From Flavobacterium sp. (lineage in GTDB: Bacteria; Bacteroidota; Bacteroidia; Flavobacteriales; Flavobacteriaceae), in assembly GCA_017984495.1 (NCBI GenBank), contig JAGNZI010000001.1:11926-75925 (forward strand): a DNA stretch of 64,000 nucleotides. Direction: 5' to 3'. The translations under genes were made by a program, and so were the position numbers. Position 1 is the stretch's first letter, and each line of letters begins with the position of its first letter. Below, piece by piece: positions 20,158 to 32,346 of the stretch. A model generated the notes under the pieces. The model made no database searches and had not been told where the DNA came from. It saw only the letters and a program-made list of their open reading frames with translations.

Positions 20158-20964
20158 ATGGAAGACAAGAGGATATTGTATGTATCATCTGAAGTGGTGC
20201 CTTATTTAGCAGAGAACGAAGTCTCGTTGCAATCGTATGAAATGCCAAAAATGATCAATGATTTGGGAGGGCAAATACGAATTTTTATGCCTAGATATGG
20301 TAATATCAACGAAAGAAGACATCAATTGCATGAAGTGATTCGTTTATCCGGAATGAATTTAGTGGTGAACGATATGGATATGCCTCTTATCATTAAAGTT
20401 GCTTCAATTCCAAAAGAAAGAATACAGGTTTATTTTATTGATAATGATGAATATTTTAAACGAAAAGCTACTTTTTCAGACGAAGAAGGGGTCTTATATC
20501 CCGATAACGATGAGCGCGCTATTTTTTTTGCTAAAGGGGTAGTTGAAACAGTAAAAAAATTAAATTGGGTACCCGATGTAATTCATGTGCACGGATGGAT
20601 GGCGTCTTTGCTTCCAGTATATTTAAAACATTATTACAAAGACGAAGGAATTTTTGCTGAAACTAAGATTATTACTTCGGTTTATGAACATGGTTTTGAA
20701 GGAGAATTAGATCCAAATTTACTCGATAAAGTATTGTTTGATGCGATTGAAAAAGAAGCTGTTGAAGTAATTGGAAAACCAAATTATGAAAATCTTATGA
20801 AGCTTTCGGTATTGCACTCCGATGCGGTAGTTTCAGGTTCTGAAGTGCTTTCTCCAACTTTAACAAAATTTATAGAAAGTTCAAACAAACCTTTTTTACC
20901 TTTCGGCACTAAAGAAAGTATGAAGGAAACGTATCCTTTATTCATCAAGAATCAAGTATTATAA
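20158..20964 (+). CDS. glycogen/starch synthase-like protein (N-terminal GT5 domain only)
   Basis: ILYVSSEVVPY, FMPRYG, DNDERAIFF, PDVIHVHGW; only 268 aa. Confidence 0.8.
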   Translation: MEDKRILYVSSEVVPYLAENEVSLQSYEMPKMINDLGGQIRIFMPRYGNINERRHQLHEVIRLSGMNLVVNDMDMPLIIKVASIPKERIQVYFIDNDEYFKRKATFSDEEGVLYPDNDERAIFFAKGVVETVKKLNWVPDVIHVHGWMASLLPVYLKHYYKDEGIFAETKIITSVYEHGFEGELDPNLLDKVLFDAIEKEAVEVIGKPNYENLMKLSVLHSDAVVSGSEVLSPTLTKFIESSNKPFLPFGTKESMKETYPLFIKNQVL

Positions 20965-20965
20965 T

Positions 20966-22774
20966 ATGAAGAAGAGTTTAATATACAAAATTGCATTATT
21001 TGTAGTATTTTTTGGTCTAGTATCTTGTGATAAAGATTTTAATTCTATGGGTTCTGATCTGGTAGATGACCATCATTTTACCCTCGAAAAATATGAAGTG
21101 CAGCATCTGAATGCTTATTCTAAGGCTACGGGACCTGTACAAACGAATAATTTACCCATCAACGCTTTAGGGATTTATAAAGATCCTTATTTCGGAACCA
21201 CTAAAGCGCAATTTGTGTCACAAGTAGAACTTTCAAGTGGCAATCCTACTCTTGGTTTTCAGCCTGTAATTGATTCGGTTTATTTGCATGTTCCTTATTT
21301 CAGTTCGCTTAAATCTACTTCAGATACTGGTGAAAAAATATATGAATTGGATTCTGTTTATGGTTATGCTGAAACGGCAAAATTTAAACTTCATGTATAC
21401 GAAAATAAATATTTTTTAAGAGATTATGATCCGGCTACCGATTTTGAAAGTGCGCAAAAGTATTTCTCCAATGAGAAATTTTTAGTTGATGCTTACAAAG
21501 GCACGGAATTGTTAAACAACAGTACCAAAGTAGCTCAAAATGAAGAGTTCTTAATCAGCAATAAAGAAATTTATATCTACAAGACAAATGGTAATGGGGA
21601 GTATTTGAATGATTCAGGCGCAGTTTTGTCCGATCAAAATAATCCAGCACTAAGAGTAATTAAAGAAAGAAAGTTGCCTGGAATTTGGCTCGATTTAAAA
21701 AACAGTTTTTTCCAACAAAAAATATTAGATGCTTCGGCATCAGGAGTTTTGTTTAACAACAATGTATTTAAAAATTATTTTAGAGGGTTGTTGTTTGAGG
21801 TGGAGGCGATTACTCCCGATCAAGGAGCGCTTGCTATGTTAGATTTTTCATCGGCTGAAATCAAGATTATTTATAAAGCCTCTAATGTAGCACCTACTAC
21901 AGAAGCACCCAATCCAACCCGAAGCAGAAAGGTATTGAATTTGCAAATGGGATATAAATCTTCTACGGCCAAAAGAGCAAATTGCATCAATTTTATTGAG
22001 CATACAAAATCTGCGGATTATCAAGCTAAATTAGCCAGTTCAGACGAGATAAATGGGGATGAACGTTTATACCTCAAAGGAGGAAACGGTTCGGTTGCTT
22101 TCTTAGATGTATTTGGACCCGATGTGAAAAAAGCAGTCAATGATGTTATGGTTCCAGAACCAAATGGAAATGGTATCCCCGATGAATTGGAAGAATTGCG
22201 CATCAATATGAAACTAAACCGATGGTTAGTAAATGAGGCAAATCTTGTTTTTTATGTCGATCAATCGGCACTTCATCATCAAGCTTCACTTTCAAATTCG
22301 AAACAAGTAGAACCCGAACGTATTTATATTTTTGACGCTACCAATAACAAACCAATTCTTGATTACAATGCCGATAACTCCAACGGGACTACCCCCAAGA
22401 AGAATAAAGGGGCTTTTGGCGGTTTAATTGAAAGAGAAACGGTTGCCGAACCCAATGGAAACAAAAAAGGAATTAAATACAAAGTGCGACTGACCGAATA
22501 CATCCGCCAATTGATCAAGAACGAAAACACCAATTATGATGACAATGTTCGTCTAGGGGTTGCCGTAATTGAGGACATCAATTCGCCAGCGAATGCAGCG
22601 ATCAATCCTGCCAATCCAATTACAATTGGCACGAGTCAGGTCCCATTCATTCCGGTTTCAACGGTAATGAGCCCTTTAGGAACCATATTGTATGGTACAA
22701 AAATTCCAGCAAGTGATCCTAACGTGGCAAAAAAATTAAAATTAGAGATATATTTTACCAAACCTAACGAATAA
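20966..22774 (+). CDS. DUF4270-like surface lipoprotein
   Basis: LVSC lipobox followed by acidic DKDF; YLKGGNG; C-terminal KLKLEIYFT; position between the glgA-like gene and glmS. Confidence 0.75.
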   Translation: MKKSLIYKIALFVVFFGLVSCDKDFNSMGSDLVDDHHFTLEKYEVQHLNAYSKATGPVQTNNLPINALGIYKDPYFGTTKAQFVSQVELSSGNPTLGFQPVIDSVYLHVPYFSSLKSTSDTGEKIYELDSVYGYAETAKFKLHVYENKYFLRDYDPATDFESAQKYFSNEKFLVDAYKGTELLNNSTKVAQNEEFLISNKEIYIYKTNGNGEYLNDSGAVLSDQNNPALRVIKERKLPGIWLDLKNSFFQQKILDASASGVLFNNNVFKNYFRGLLFEVEAITPDQGALAMLDFSSAEIKIIYKASNVAPTTEAPNPTRSRKVLNLQMGYKSSTAKRANCINFIEHTKSADYQAKLASSDEINGDERLYLKGGNGSVAFLDVFGPDVKKAVNDVMVPEPNGNGIPDELEELRINMKLNRWLVNEANLVFYVDQSALHHQASLSNSKQVEPERIYIFDATNNKPILDYNADNSNGTTPKKNKGAFGGLIERETVAEPNGNKKGIKYKVRLTEYIRQLIKNENTNYDDNVRLGVAVIEDINSPANAAINPANPITIGTSQVPFIPVSTVMSPLGTILYGTKIPASDPNVAKKLKLEIYFTKPNE

Positions 22775-22777
22775 TAT

Positions 22778-24625
22778 ATGTGTGGAATTGTAGCCTATAT
22801 AGGCCATAGAGACGCTTATCCTGTAATCATTAAAGGATTGCACCGATTAGAATATAGAGGTTATGATAGTGCCGGAATTGTATTGTTTGACGGTAACGCC
22901 TTGAAATTATCTAAAACCAAAGGAAAAGTTTCTGACTTAGAAGCAAAAGCCGAAAAAGAACAAACCCTTTTTGGAAAAATTGGAATGGGACATACACGTT
23001 GGGCTACCCACGGGGTTCCAAACGATGTCAATTCACATCCGCATTTTTCCAATTCCGGAAAATTAGTCATCATACACAACGGGATCATTGAAAATTATGA
23101 GCCCTTAAAGCAAGAATTAATTAAACGAGGCTATACTTTCAAATCGGATACCGACACGGAAGTTTTGGTTAATTTAATTGAAGAAGTTAAGAAAAAAGAA
23201 AATTGCAAATTAGGAAAAGCAGTTCAAATAGCTTTAAATCAAGTAATTGGAGCCTATGCTATAGCGGTTATCGATGTTGAAAAACCCGATGAAATCATAG
23301 TAGCCCGTTTGGGAAGTCCTTTAGCTATTGGAATTGGCGAAGACGAGTTTTTTATTGCTTCTGATGCGACTCCTTTTATTGAATATACGTCAAATGCCAT
23401 TTATCTAGAAGATGAAGAAATGGCCATTGTGCGATTACACAAGCCCTTAAAAGTTAGAAAAATCAAAGATGATTCATTGGTAGATCCTTATATTCAAGAG
23501 CTTCAATTGAACTTAGAGCAAATTGAAAAAGGCGGATATGATCATTTCATGATGAAAGAGATTTATGAACAACCGAGCGTAATCAAAGACACTTACAGAG
23601 GAAGATTGTTAGCAAACAAAGGCATTATTCAAATGTCGGGAGTAGAAGATCACATTGAAAAATTCACAAATGCGAAACGCATTTTGATTGTTGCTTGTGG
23701 TACCTCTTGGCATGCTGGATTGGTAGCCGAATACATCATTGAAGAATTTTCAAGAATACCTGTTGAGGTAGAATACGCTTCCGAATTCAGATACCGAAAC
23801 CCCATCATCAATAAAGATGATGTTGTCATCGCTATTTCACAATCGGGCGAAACCGCTGATACGTTGGCTGCAATTAAGTTGGCCAAAGAAAACGGCGCTT
23901 TTGTTTTTGGGGTTTGTAATGTTGTAGGTTCTTCTATTTCTCGCGAAACCCATGCAGGCGCTTATACGCATGCCGGCCCAGAAATTGGGGTAGCTTCTAC
24001 CAAAGCATTTACGACTCAAATTACAATACTTACGTTACTAGCTTTACGATTGGCAAAAGCAAAAGGGACGATGTCTAATTCCGATTACCAACGCTATTTG
24101 TTGGAATTAGAATTGATGCCAGAAAAAGTTCAGGAAGCCTTGTTGACCAATGATGTTGCCAAACAAATTGCTGAAATATATAAAGATGCCTCGAACTGTT
24201 TGTACTTAGGAAGAGGATATAATTTTCCGGTTGCTTTAGAAGGAGCCTTGAAGTTAAAAGAGATTTCCTATATTCATGCCGAAGGCTATCCGGCAGCAGA
24301 GATGAAACACGGTCCGATTGCTTTAATTGACGAGCACATGCCTGTCATTGTAATTGCACCAAACAAGGGGCATTATGATAAAGTGGTTAGTAACATACAA
24401 GAAATCAAATCGAGAAGCGGTAAAATTATCGCAGTTGTAACGAAGGGAGACACACAAGTCAAAGCCTTAGCCGATCACGTAATTGAAATACCGGAAACCA
24501 ACGAGCCCTTTACCCCGTTGTTGACCACGATACCACTTCAATTGTTGTCATACCATATTGCTGTTTTAAGAGGTTGTAATGTGGACCAACCCAGAAATTT
24601 AGCAAAATCCGTTACGGTGGAATAA
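22778..24625 (+). CDS. glmS: glutamine--fructose-6-phosphate transaminase
   Basis: MCGIV, LEYRGYDSAG, HTRWATHG, SQSGETADT, RNLAKSVTVE. Confidence 0.98.
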   Translation: MCGIVAYIGHRDAYPVIIKGLHRLEYRGYDSAGIVLFDGNALKLSKTKGKVSDLEAKAEKEQTLFGKIGMGHTRWATHGVPNDVNSHPHFSNSGKLVIIHNGIIENYEPLKQELIKRGYTFKSDTDTEVLVNLIEEVKKKENCKLGKAVQIALNQVIGAYAIAVIDVEKPDEIIVARLGSPLAIGIGEDEFFIASDATPFIEYTSNAIYLEDEEMAIVRLHKPLKVRKIKDDSLVDPYIQELQLNLEQIEKGGYDHFMMKEIYEQPSVIKDTYRGRLLANKGIIQMSGVEDHIEKFTNAKRILIVACGTSWHAGLVAEYIIEEFSRIPVEVEYASEFRYRNPIINKDDVVIAISQSGETADTLAAIKLAKENGAFVFGVCNVVGSSISRETHAGAYTHAGPEIGVASTKAFTTQITILTLLALRLAKAKGTMSNSDYQRYLLELELMPEKVQEALLTNDVAKQIAEIYKDASNCLYLGRGYNFPVALEGALKLKEISYIHAEGYPAAEMKHGPIALIDEHMPVIVIAPNKGHYDKVVSNIQEIKSRSGKIIAVVTKGDTQVKALADHVIEIPETNEPFTPLLTTIPLQLLSYHIAVLRGCNVDQPRNLAKSVTVE

Positions 24626-24631
24626 CATTTT

Positions 24632-24662
24632 AAAAGCGAAATTGAAAAATTTCGCTTTTTTC
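24632..24662 (+). terminator. intrinsic terminator after glmS
   Basis: AAAAGCGAAATT-GAAA-AATTTCGCTTTT plus T tract. Confidence 0.8.
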
Positions 24663-24709
24663 TTGTAAAAAATTCAAAAAATATATTGCAAAATTGTTTC
24701 AAAAAAAAC

Positions 24710-24717
24710 TATCTTTG
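24710..24717 (+). promoter_or_regulatory. -7 element (TATCTTTG) for atpDC
   Basis: Exact TAnnTTTG. Confidence 0.65.
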
Positions 24718-24773
24718 CACTCGGAAAAATACATCAATTTCCAACATTAATTAGCTATTAAATAAATACATAA

Positions 24774-26288
<1,515 letters not shown>

Positions 26289-26330
26289 ACCAAGCGAAGC
26301 TTGATAAACTTCAAATTTTAAACCTAAATT

Positions 26331-26612
26331 ATGATTTTAGAAATAGTATCGCCAGAAGCTACATTGTTTAAAGGAGAAGTTACTTCGGTATCGGTTCCTG
26401 GAATTAATGGTGAGTTTCAAATGCTAAACAATCACGCGCCTGTAGTTTCATTATTAGGCAAAGGGAATGTGAAAATTAATGCTCAAAACATGACTATTGA
26501 AAAAGAATTTGTTTCAAAATTCAATAAAGTAAATGAGCAAACCTATTGGTTGCCTATTGCATCTGGAACCCTAGAAATGAATGAAAATAAGATTATTGTT
26601 TTAGCCGACTAA
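26331..26612 (+). CDS. atpC: F1 ATP synthase subunit epsilon (beta-sandwich only)
   Basis: LEIVSPE, PGINGEFQMLNNHAP; follows atpD. Confidence 0.9.
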   Translation: MILEIVSPEATLFKGEVTSVSVPGINGEFQMLNNHAPVVSLLGKGNVKINAQNMTIEKEFVSKFNKVNEQTYWLPIASGTLEMNENKIIVLAD

Positions 26613-26630
26613 GACAATATATTAATACTA

Positions 26631-26662
26631 AAAAAGTCCTGCTAGCCTGCAGGACTTTTTTT
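26631..26662 (+). terminator. intrinsic terminator after atpC
   Basis: AAAAAGTCCTGC-TAGCCT-GCAGGACTTTTTTT. Confidence 0.85.
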
Positions 26663-26756
26663 ATGCACTATACTTGTTATTCAGCCTTAATTTGTTTCAG
26701 CCGGGTATGGTAGTGTAGCAAAAAATCATGAAATTTGCACCAACAAAAAATGAAAA

Positions 26757-28577
26757 ATGAAAAAAGGAATATTTTGTCTTGCGCTATTGGGATCTGTTGC
26801 TCTCAAAGCCCAAGAGCTGCAGCCTCAGTCAGACACACTAAAAAACGTAATCATTACGTCTTCTCGAATTGATTTGCCTTTCAAAGAAAATTCTAGAACC
26901 ATACAAATTTTTACCGCAGACGATATTAAAAAACTTGGGGTTACTAACGTTGCCGATGTATTACAACAAGTGGCAGGAATTGATGTAAGACGCCAAGGAG
27001 TTAACGGCATGCAAGCCGATTTGTATATAAGAGGAGGTGGTTTTGATCAAACCTTACTTTTAATCGATGGATTTAAAGTAGACGATCCACAAACGGGTCA
27101 TCATACCATGAATTTGGCTTTGCCTATAGAAATGATTAAGCGAATAGAAATCATTAAAGGGCCTGCTGCTCGTATTTTTGGTCAAAATGCTTTTACGGGC
27201 GCGGTTAATATAGTTACTAAAGATAGTGATGCGAATGCTATGATTGCAAAAATTCAAGGGGGATCTTTTGGTCAATTTATTGCGGAAGCTACCGGTGCAA
27301 TTCAATTAAAAGAGAGCAATCATTTGATGCATTTTTCAAAAAACGTTTCGGAAGGTTACCGTCACAATACCGATTTTGACAATACCAACTATGTATTAAA
27401 AAGTCAATTCAATAAAAACAAATTGCCTATTGAATTACTTACTTCTTATGTAGAACGGAAATTTGGCGCGAATGGGTTTTACGGAATTCCATCAGCAACA
27501 GAACAATATGAAGCCACTCAAGCGAGTTTAGTTGGCCTTTCAACGGTCGTTAAAAGAGGAAATTTTACTTGGAAACCAAGAGTATATTGGAGAAGAAATC
27601 AAGATGAGTATTTCTACATTAGAAGGAATCCATCGATTTACCGAAATCTTCATATTACCAATAAGTTCGCAGCAGAATTCAATGGGTCTTATGAATCAAA
27701 ATATGGAATTACGGGTTTTGGGTTAGAAGCTGCAAAATATTATATTTCAAGTAATCGATTGGGCGATAATTCAAGAGAAATGGCGTCTCTGTTTTTAGAA
27801 CATCGTTTTCTGTTTTTGAACAATAAGTTTGATGTAACGCCAGGACTTGCAGTATCTTATTTTTCTGATTTTGACAATAAAGCGTTCCCGGGATTGGATT
27901 TGGGATATCAAATTTCTAGTACTTTCAGGGTATATGGAAATATCGGCTATACCTATAGAGTACCTACATATACCGATTTGTATTATGTGGGTCCACAAGC
28001 TATCGGAAATGAAAATTTGCAACCCGAAGCTGCGCTTTCTGAAGAAATTGGGGTGAAATGGCTAACAAAACATGTTGATTTTACATGGGCAGCGTTCAAT
28101 AGAGATTCAAATGATTTAATTGACTATATAAGGCCTACAGAAGCCGACATTGTTTATACCCCTCAAAACATTCAAGACGTTAACACAAAAGGATTTGAAA
28201 CACAACTAGACTTCCGATTTCAGTTGAATGCGTTACCTCAAAAAATAAAACTAGGGTATACTTTTATCGAAGACGATGTTAAGAAAAGCAGTGCTGCCTA
28301 TTCAAGATACTCCATCAATTCCATGAAGCACCAATTTGTAGGAAATTATGCGATGCAATGGTTTAAGAATTTTAGTAATTCTGTGAACTATCGTTATGCG
28401 GAAAGAACGTCAGGAGTTAGTTACAACATTTGGGACGTGAGTGCTTCCTATCAAGTAAAAGCGCTTGAATTTTCAGTGTATACCAATAATATTTTTAATA
28501 CAGCATATGTAGAAACAGGAATGGTTCCCATGCCAAAAGGAAATGTGTTATTTGGAGTGAAATACAATTTTAAATAA
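26757..28577 (+). CDS. TonB-dependent receptor (BtuB/CirA-like)
   Basis: Signal peptide, plug IRGG..QTLLLIDG, RIEIIKGP, C-terminal YNFK. Confidence 0.9.
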   Translation: MKKGIFCLALLGSVALKAQELQPQSDTLKNVIITSSRIDLPFKENSRTIQIFTADDIKKLGVTNVADVLQQVAGIDVRRQGVNGMQADLYIRGGGFDQTLLLIDGFKVDDPQTGHHTMNLALPIEMIKRIEIIKGPAARIFGQNAFTGAVNIVTKDSDANAMIAKIQGGSFGQFIAEATGAIQLKESNHLMHFSKNVSEGYRHNTDFDNTNYVLKSQFNKNKLPIELLTSYVERKFGANGFYGIPSATEQYEATQASLVGLSTVVKRGNFTWKPRVYWRRNQDEYFYIRRNPSIYRNLHITNKFAAEFNGSYESKYGITGFGLEAAKYYISSNRLGDNSREMASLFLEHRFLFLNNKFDVTPGLAVSYFSDFDNKAFPGLDLGYQISSTFRVYGNIGYTYRVPTYTDLYYVGPQAIGNENLQPEAALSEEIGVKWLTKHVDFTWAAFNRDSNDLIDYIRPTEADIVYTPQNIQDVNTKGFETQLDFRFQLNALPQKIKLGYTFIEDDVKKSSAAYSRYSINSMKHQFVGNYAMQWFKNFSNSVNYRYAERTSGVSYNIWDVSASYQVKALEFSVYTNNIFNTAYVETGMVPMPKGNVLFGVKYNFK

Positions 28578-28585
28578 CAGCGCAT

Positions 28586-28613
28586 AAAAAAAGTCCCGAT
28601 TTATCGGGACTTT
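28586..28613. terminator. hairpin terminator between the convergent TBDR and cold-shock genes
   Basis: AAAGTCCCGAT-TT-ATCGGGACTTT with a 7-A tract on the left. Confidence 0.8.
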
Positions 28614-28645
28614 GATTTTTTAGGTAATCAAAAAATAATTCTATA

Positions 28646-28843
28646 TTATTCGATAACTACTACTTGAGCAGCTACTTTACCTTTTCTTCCTTCTTCTTCT
28701 TCGTAACTTACAGCGTCACCTTCGTTTAAAGATTCAACTTTCATTCCGCTAGCGTGTACGAAAATGTCGTTTCCAGTTTCATCATCTGTAATAAAACCGT
28801 ACCCTTTTGATTCATTGAAGAACTTAACTTTACCTGTTCTCAT
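28646..28843 (-). CDS. cold-shock protein (CspA family)
   Basis: MRTGKVKFFNESKGYGFI, DIFVH; ATG at 28843; TATCTTTG box at 28871-28878 on -. Confidence 0.95.
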   Translation of the reverse strand: MRTGKVKFFNESKGYGFITDDETGNDIFVHASGMKVESLNEGDAVSYEEEEGRKGKVAAQVVVIE

Positions 28844-28938
28844 TTTGTATTGTAAAAAATTAATAATAGTCAAAGATATACTTAATAACGACACAAACAA
28901 GAAAAAGTTAAAAATATTTCAAAAATATTGATAATCAG

Positions 28939-30699
28939 TTAGTTTGATGTTTTTAGATCCAGTTGAATATGCAATTCGTTTAACTGAGCAACATCAATAG
29001 CTGATGGTGCATCAATCATCACATCTCTACCCGAATTGTTTTTAGGGAATGCAATGAAATCACGAATCGTCTCTTGTCCTCCTAAAATGGAAACCAATCG
29101 GTCCAATCCAAAGGCGAGTCCACCATGAGGCGGAGCACCAAATTCAAAGGCGTTCATTAAAAAGCCAAATTGTGCTTGGGCTTGTTCTTTACTAAATCCT
29201 AACAAATCAAACATTCGGCTTTGTAAATCGCGATCGTGTATACGAATAGAACCTCCGCCAATTTCATTTCCGTTCAGGACCATGTCATAGGCATTGGCAC
29301 GCACTTTTCCGGGTTCGGTTTCAATTAACGCCATGTCTTCTGGTTTTGGCGAAGTAAATGGATGGTGCATTGCGTGGTATCTTCCACTTTCTTCATCCCA
29401 TTCCAATAGCGGAAAATCGACTACCCATAACGGCGCAAATTCATCCGATTTTCTCAATCCCAAACGCGTTGCGACTTCCATACGAAGCGCTGATAATTGC
29501 GTTCTCGTTTTATCGGCACCACCCGACAATACTAAAATTAAATCGCCCGGTTTTGCTTGGGTAATTTCGGCCCATTTTTTCAAATCTTCTTGATCGTAAA
29601 ATTTGTCTACTGATGATTTAAACGAACCGTCCTCTTCACATTTTACATAGACCATTCCCGAAGCGCCAATTTGTGGGCGTTTTACCCAATCAATCAACGC
29701 ATCAATTTCTTTTCGAGTATAATTAGCACAACCAGGTGCGGCTATTCCTACAACTAGTTCTGCCGAATTGAATACCGGAAAATCTTTATGTTGTGCAACG
29801 GTATTCAATTCCCCAAATTTCATTTCAAAACGAATATCGGGTTTGTCATTACCGTAGGTTTTCATAGCATAATCGTAGGTAATTCTTGGGAATTTAGCCA
29901 CTTCAATACCTTTAATTTCTTTCAGTAAATGGCGGGTCAACCCCTCAAACATGTCGAGTATGTCTTCTTGTTCCACAAAAGCCATTTCGCAGTCAATTTG
30001 TGTAAATTCGGGTTGGCGGTCGGCCCGTAAATCTTCATCTCTAAAACATTTCACAATTTGGAAATATTTATCCATTCCGCCTACCATCAATAATTGTTTG
30101 AACGTTTGTGGCGATTGTGGTAAGGCATAAAATTGTCCTTCGTTCATTCTACTGGGTACCACAAAATCGCGCGCTCCTTCTGGAGTAGATTTGATTAAAT
30201 AAGGGGTTTCAACATCACAAAAACCTTGGTCAGAAAGGTATTTTCTCACTTCCATCGATACTTTATGACGGAACAATAAATTGTTTTTAACCGGATTTCT
30301 TCGGATGTCTAAGTAGCGGTATTTCATACGAATGTCTTCACCACCATCGGTTTCGTCTTCAATGGTAAAGGGAGGAAGTTGCGCTTCGTTTAATATGTTT
30401 AATTCGGTGACTAATATTTCGATTTCACCAGTAGCCATATTTGCGTTTTTAGATTCACGCTCAATAACAGTTCCTTTGACTTGGATTACAAATTCTCTAC
30501 CCAATGATTTCGCGCGACTAAATACCGCTTTATCGGTTCTTTGTTCGTCAAAAATTAATTGCGTAATTCCATATCGATCTCGCAAGTCGACCCAAATCAT
30601 AAATCCTTTATCTCTCGATTTTTGCACCCATCCTGCAAGGGTAACTTCTGTATTGATATGTGAGGCATTTAGAGCGCCACAAGTATGACTTCTGTACAT
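28939..30699 (-). CDS. aspS: aspartate--tRNA ligase
   Basis: [51 protein letters not shown]. Confidence 0.98.
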   Translation of the reverse strand: MYRSHTCGALNASHINTEVTLAGWVQKSRDKGFMIWVDLRDRYGITQLIFDEQRTDKAVFSRAKSLGREFVIQVKGTVIERESKNANMATGEIEILVTELNILNEAQLPPFTIEDETDGGEDIRMKYRYLDIRRNPVKNNLLFRHKVSMEVRKYLSDQGFCDVETPYLIKSTPEGARDFVVPSRMNEGQFYALPQSPQTFKQLLMVGGMDKYFQIVKCFRDEDLRADRQPEFTQIDCEMAFVEQEDILDMFEGLTRHLLKEIKGIEVAKFPRITYDYAMKTYGNDKPDIRFEMKFGELNTVAQHKDFPVFNSAELVVGIAAPGCANYTRKEIDALIDWVKRPQIGASGMVYVKCEEDGSFKSSVDKFYDQEDLKKWAEITQAKPGDLILVLSGGADKTRTQLSALRMEVATRLGLRKSDEFAPLWVVDFPLLEWDEESGRYHAMHHPFTSPKPEDMALIETEPGKVRANAYDMVLNGNEIGGGSIRIHDRDLQSRMFDLLGFSKEQAQAQFGFLMNAFEFGAPPHGGLAFGLDRLVSILGGQETIRDFIAFPKNNSGRDVMIDAPSAIDVAQLNELHIQLDLKTSN

Positions 30700-30829
30700 T
30701 GTAATAAATTTTATGCAAAAGTAAGAACAAAAAAGAAAAGTTTAATTTAAAAGGAGAAATTATATTCTCTCATTTTTTCTAGAATCGTAATTATTATCTT
30801 ATTTTTACCAAAACCTTACACATTTAATT

Positions 30830-31828
30830 ATGAAAAAAATCACAGTTTTATTCTTGTTATTGAGTAGTATTTCCTTTGCTCAAACACCAGGAAAAGTTAG
30901 TTTTTCTGCAAAAATAGAAAATCGCAACTCGGATACTTTAACCATTTATGGCCCCAAAAAATTCAAACAGATCATTCCAATCAACAAGGAAGGCCTTTTC
31001 GAAGCTACTTTTGAAATCACAGAAGGCATTCATCAATTTAATGACGGTTCAGAATCTTCTATGTTGTATTTAAAAGATGGTGATGCACTCTTTTTAAGTA
31101 TGGATGCAAAAGCGTTTGACGAGACTATTGTTTACAAAGGAAAAGGAGAAAAAGAAAACAATTATTTGGCACAAAAAGCGCTTGCCGATGAAGCTTTTGA
31201 ACTAGGTCTTGAAAGTTTGTTAGAAAAAGAAGAGGCGGTTTTTAAAACAGCTTTGGAAATGAAGAAAGCACAAGATTTAGCACAATTAGAAGGCTCAGGT
31301 TTGTATGATAAATTTGTGACGACCTATAAACCAAAAATTTTGCAGGATGTTAGTATGCTCCAACAATTTTATGCGCAAAAAACGCTTGCTAAAAAATTGG
31401 AAGGAAGTGTATCTCCAACCTTTAATTATGAGAACCACAAAGGCGGAACCACAAAATTAGAGGATTTGAAAGGGAAATATGTTTATATTGACGTTTGGGC
31501 TACGTGGTGCGGACCTTGTAGAGCAGAGATCCCATTTTTGAAAAAGATTGAAGAAAAATACCATGGGAAAAATATCGAGTTTGTAAGTATCTCTGTGGAT
31601 GTAGATAAAGATCACGAGAAATGGCAAAAATTTGTGACGGAAAAAGAATTGGGCGGCGTTCAATTGTTTGCCGATAAAAACTGGAATTCAGATTTTATAA
31701 AAGCGTTTGGCATCAATGCTATCCCTCGATTTTTGTTAATTGATCCAGCTGGAAAAGTGGTTAAAGCAGATGCAGCAAGACCTTCTTCAAATGAATTATC
31801 GAAGTTGTTGGATACGTTGTTAAAGTAA
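30830..31828 (+). CDS. TlpA-family thiol:disulfide oxidoreductase
   Basis: Signal peptide; DVWATWCGPC; IPRFLLID. Confidence 0.9.
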   Translation: MKKITVLFLLLSSISFAQTPGKVSFSAKIENRNSDTLTIYGPKKFKQIIPINKEGLFEATFEITEGIHQFNDGSESSMLYLKDGDALFLSMDAKAFDETIVYKGKGEKENNYLAQKALADEAFELGLESLLEKEEAVFKTALEMKKAQDLAQLEGSGLYDKFVTTYKPKILQDVSMLQQFYAQKTLAKKLEGSVSPTFNYENHKGGTTKLEDLKGKYVYIDVWATWCGPCRAEIPFLKKIEEKYHGKNIEFVSISVDVDKDHEKWQKFVTEKELGGVQLFADKNWNSDFIKAFGINAIPRFLLIDPAGKVVKADAARPSSNELSKLLDTLLK

Positions 31829-31846
31829 AATTTGAATAAAATACTG

Positions 31847-31877
31847 AAAGCCAAAGCCTTGTGTTTTGGCTTTTTTT
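31847..31877 (+). terminator. intrinsic terminator after the tlpA-like gene
   Basis: AAAGCCAAAGC-CTTGT-GTTTTGGCTTTTTTT. Confidence 0.75.
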
Positions 31878-31976
31878 CATACTTTTTTTGCCAATGTTAC
31901 CAAATTGTTACCAAAAAGTTTTTTTATTGTAAAAATAAATATATATTTGTTACATAATTATTAACCCAAAAAACAA

Positions 31977-32330
31977 ATGTATATGAAAAATGTAATGATT
32001 TATGTGATGTTATTGGTTTCTGGAGTATTTTTTGCTCAAGGTGTACAACCAAAATTTGTGGCAGTAGAGAATAATATGATTCAAGCTACGTACTTTTATG
32101 ATAATGGGCAAGTGAAGCAAGAAGGTACTTATCTTAATGGTAAACTTCATGGAAAATGGATTTCGTATAATGAAGACGGAACCAAACAAGCTTTTGGTGA
32201 ATACAACCAAGGCGAAAAAGTAGGAACTTGGACTTTTTACAATACGGCAACCACAAACAAAGTGGCATTTGAAAACAGCAGAGTTGCTTCAGTAAGCACA
32301 ATTACTAAAGGTTATTTGGCTACTAAATAA
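31977..32330 (+). CDS. secreted MORN-variant repeat protein (YwqK-like)
   Basis: Signal peptide; YDNGQVKQEG.Y.NGKLHGKW..Y..DG repeats. Confidence 0.75.
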   Translation: MYMKNVMIYVMLLVSGVFFAQGVQPKFVAVENNMIQATYFYDNGQVKQEGTYLNGKLHGKWISYNEDGTKQAFGEYNQGEKVGTWTFYNTATTNKVAFENSRVASVSTITKGYLATK

Positions 32331-32346
32331 AACGAGTACGTTCAAA

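Noticed and set aside
26663-26756. Possible cobalamin riboswitch upstream of the BtuB-like receptor
   Set aside because: The leader is under 100 nt and has no recognisable B12 box.
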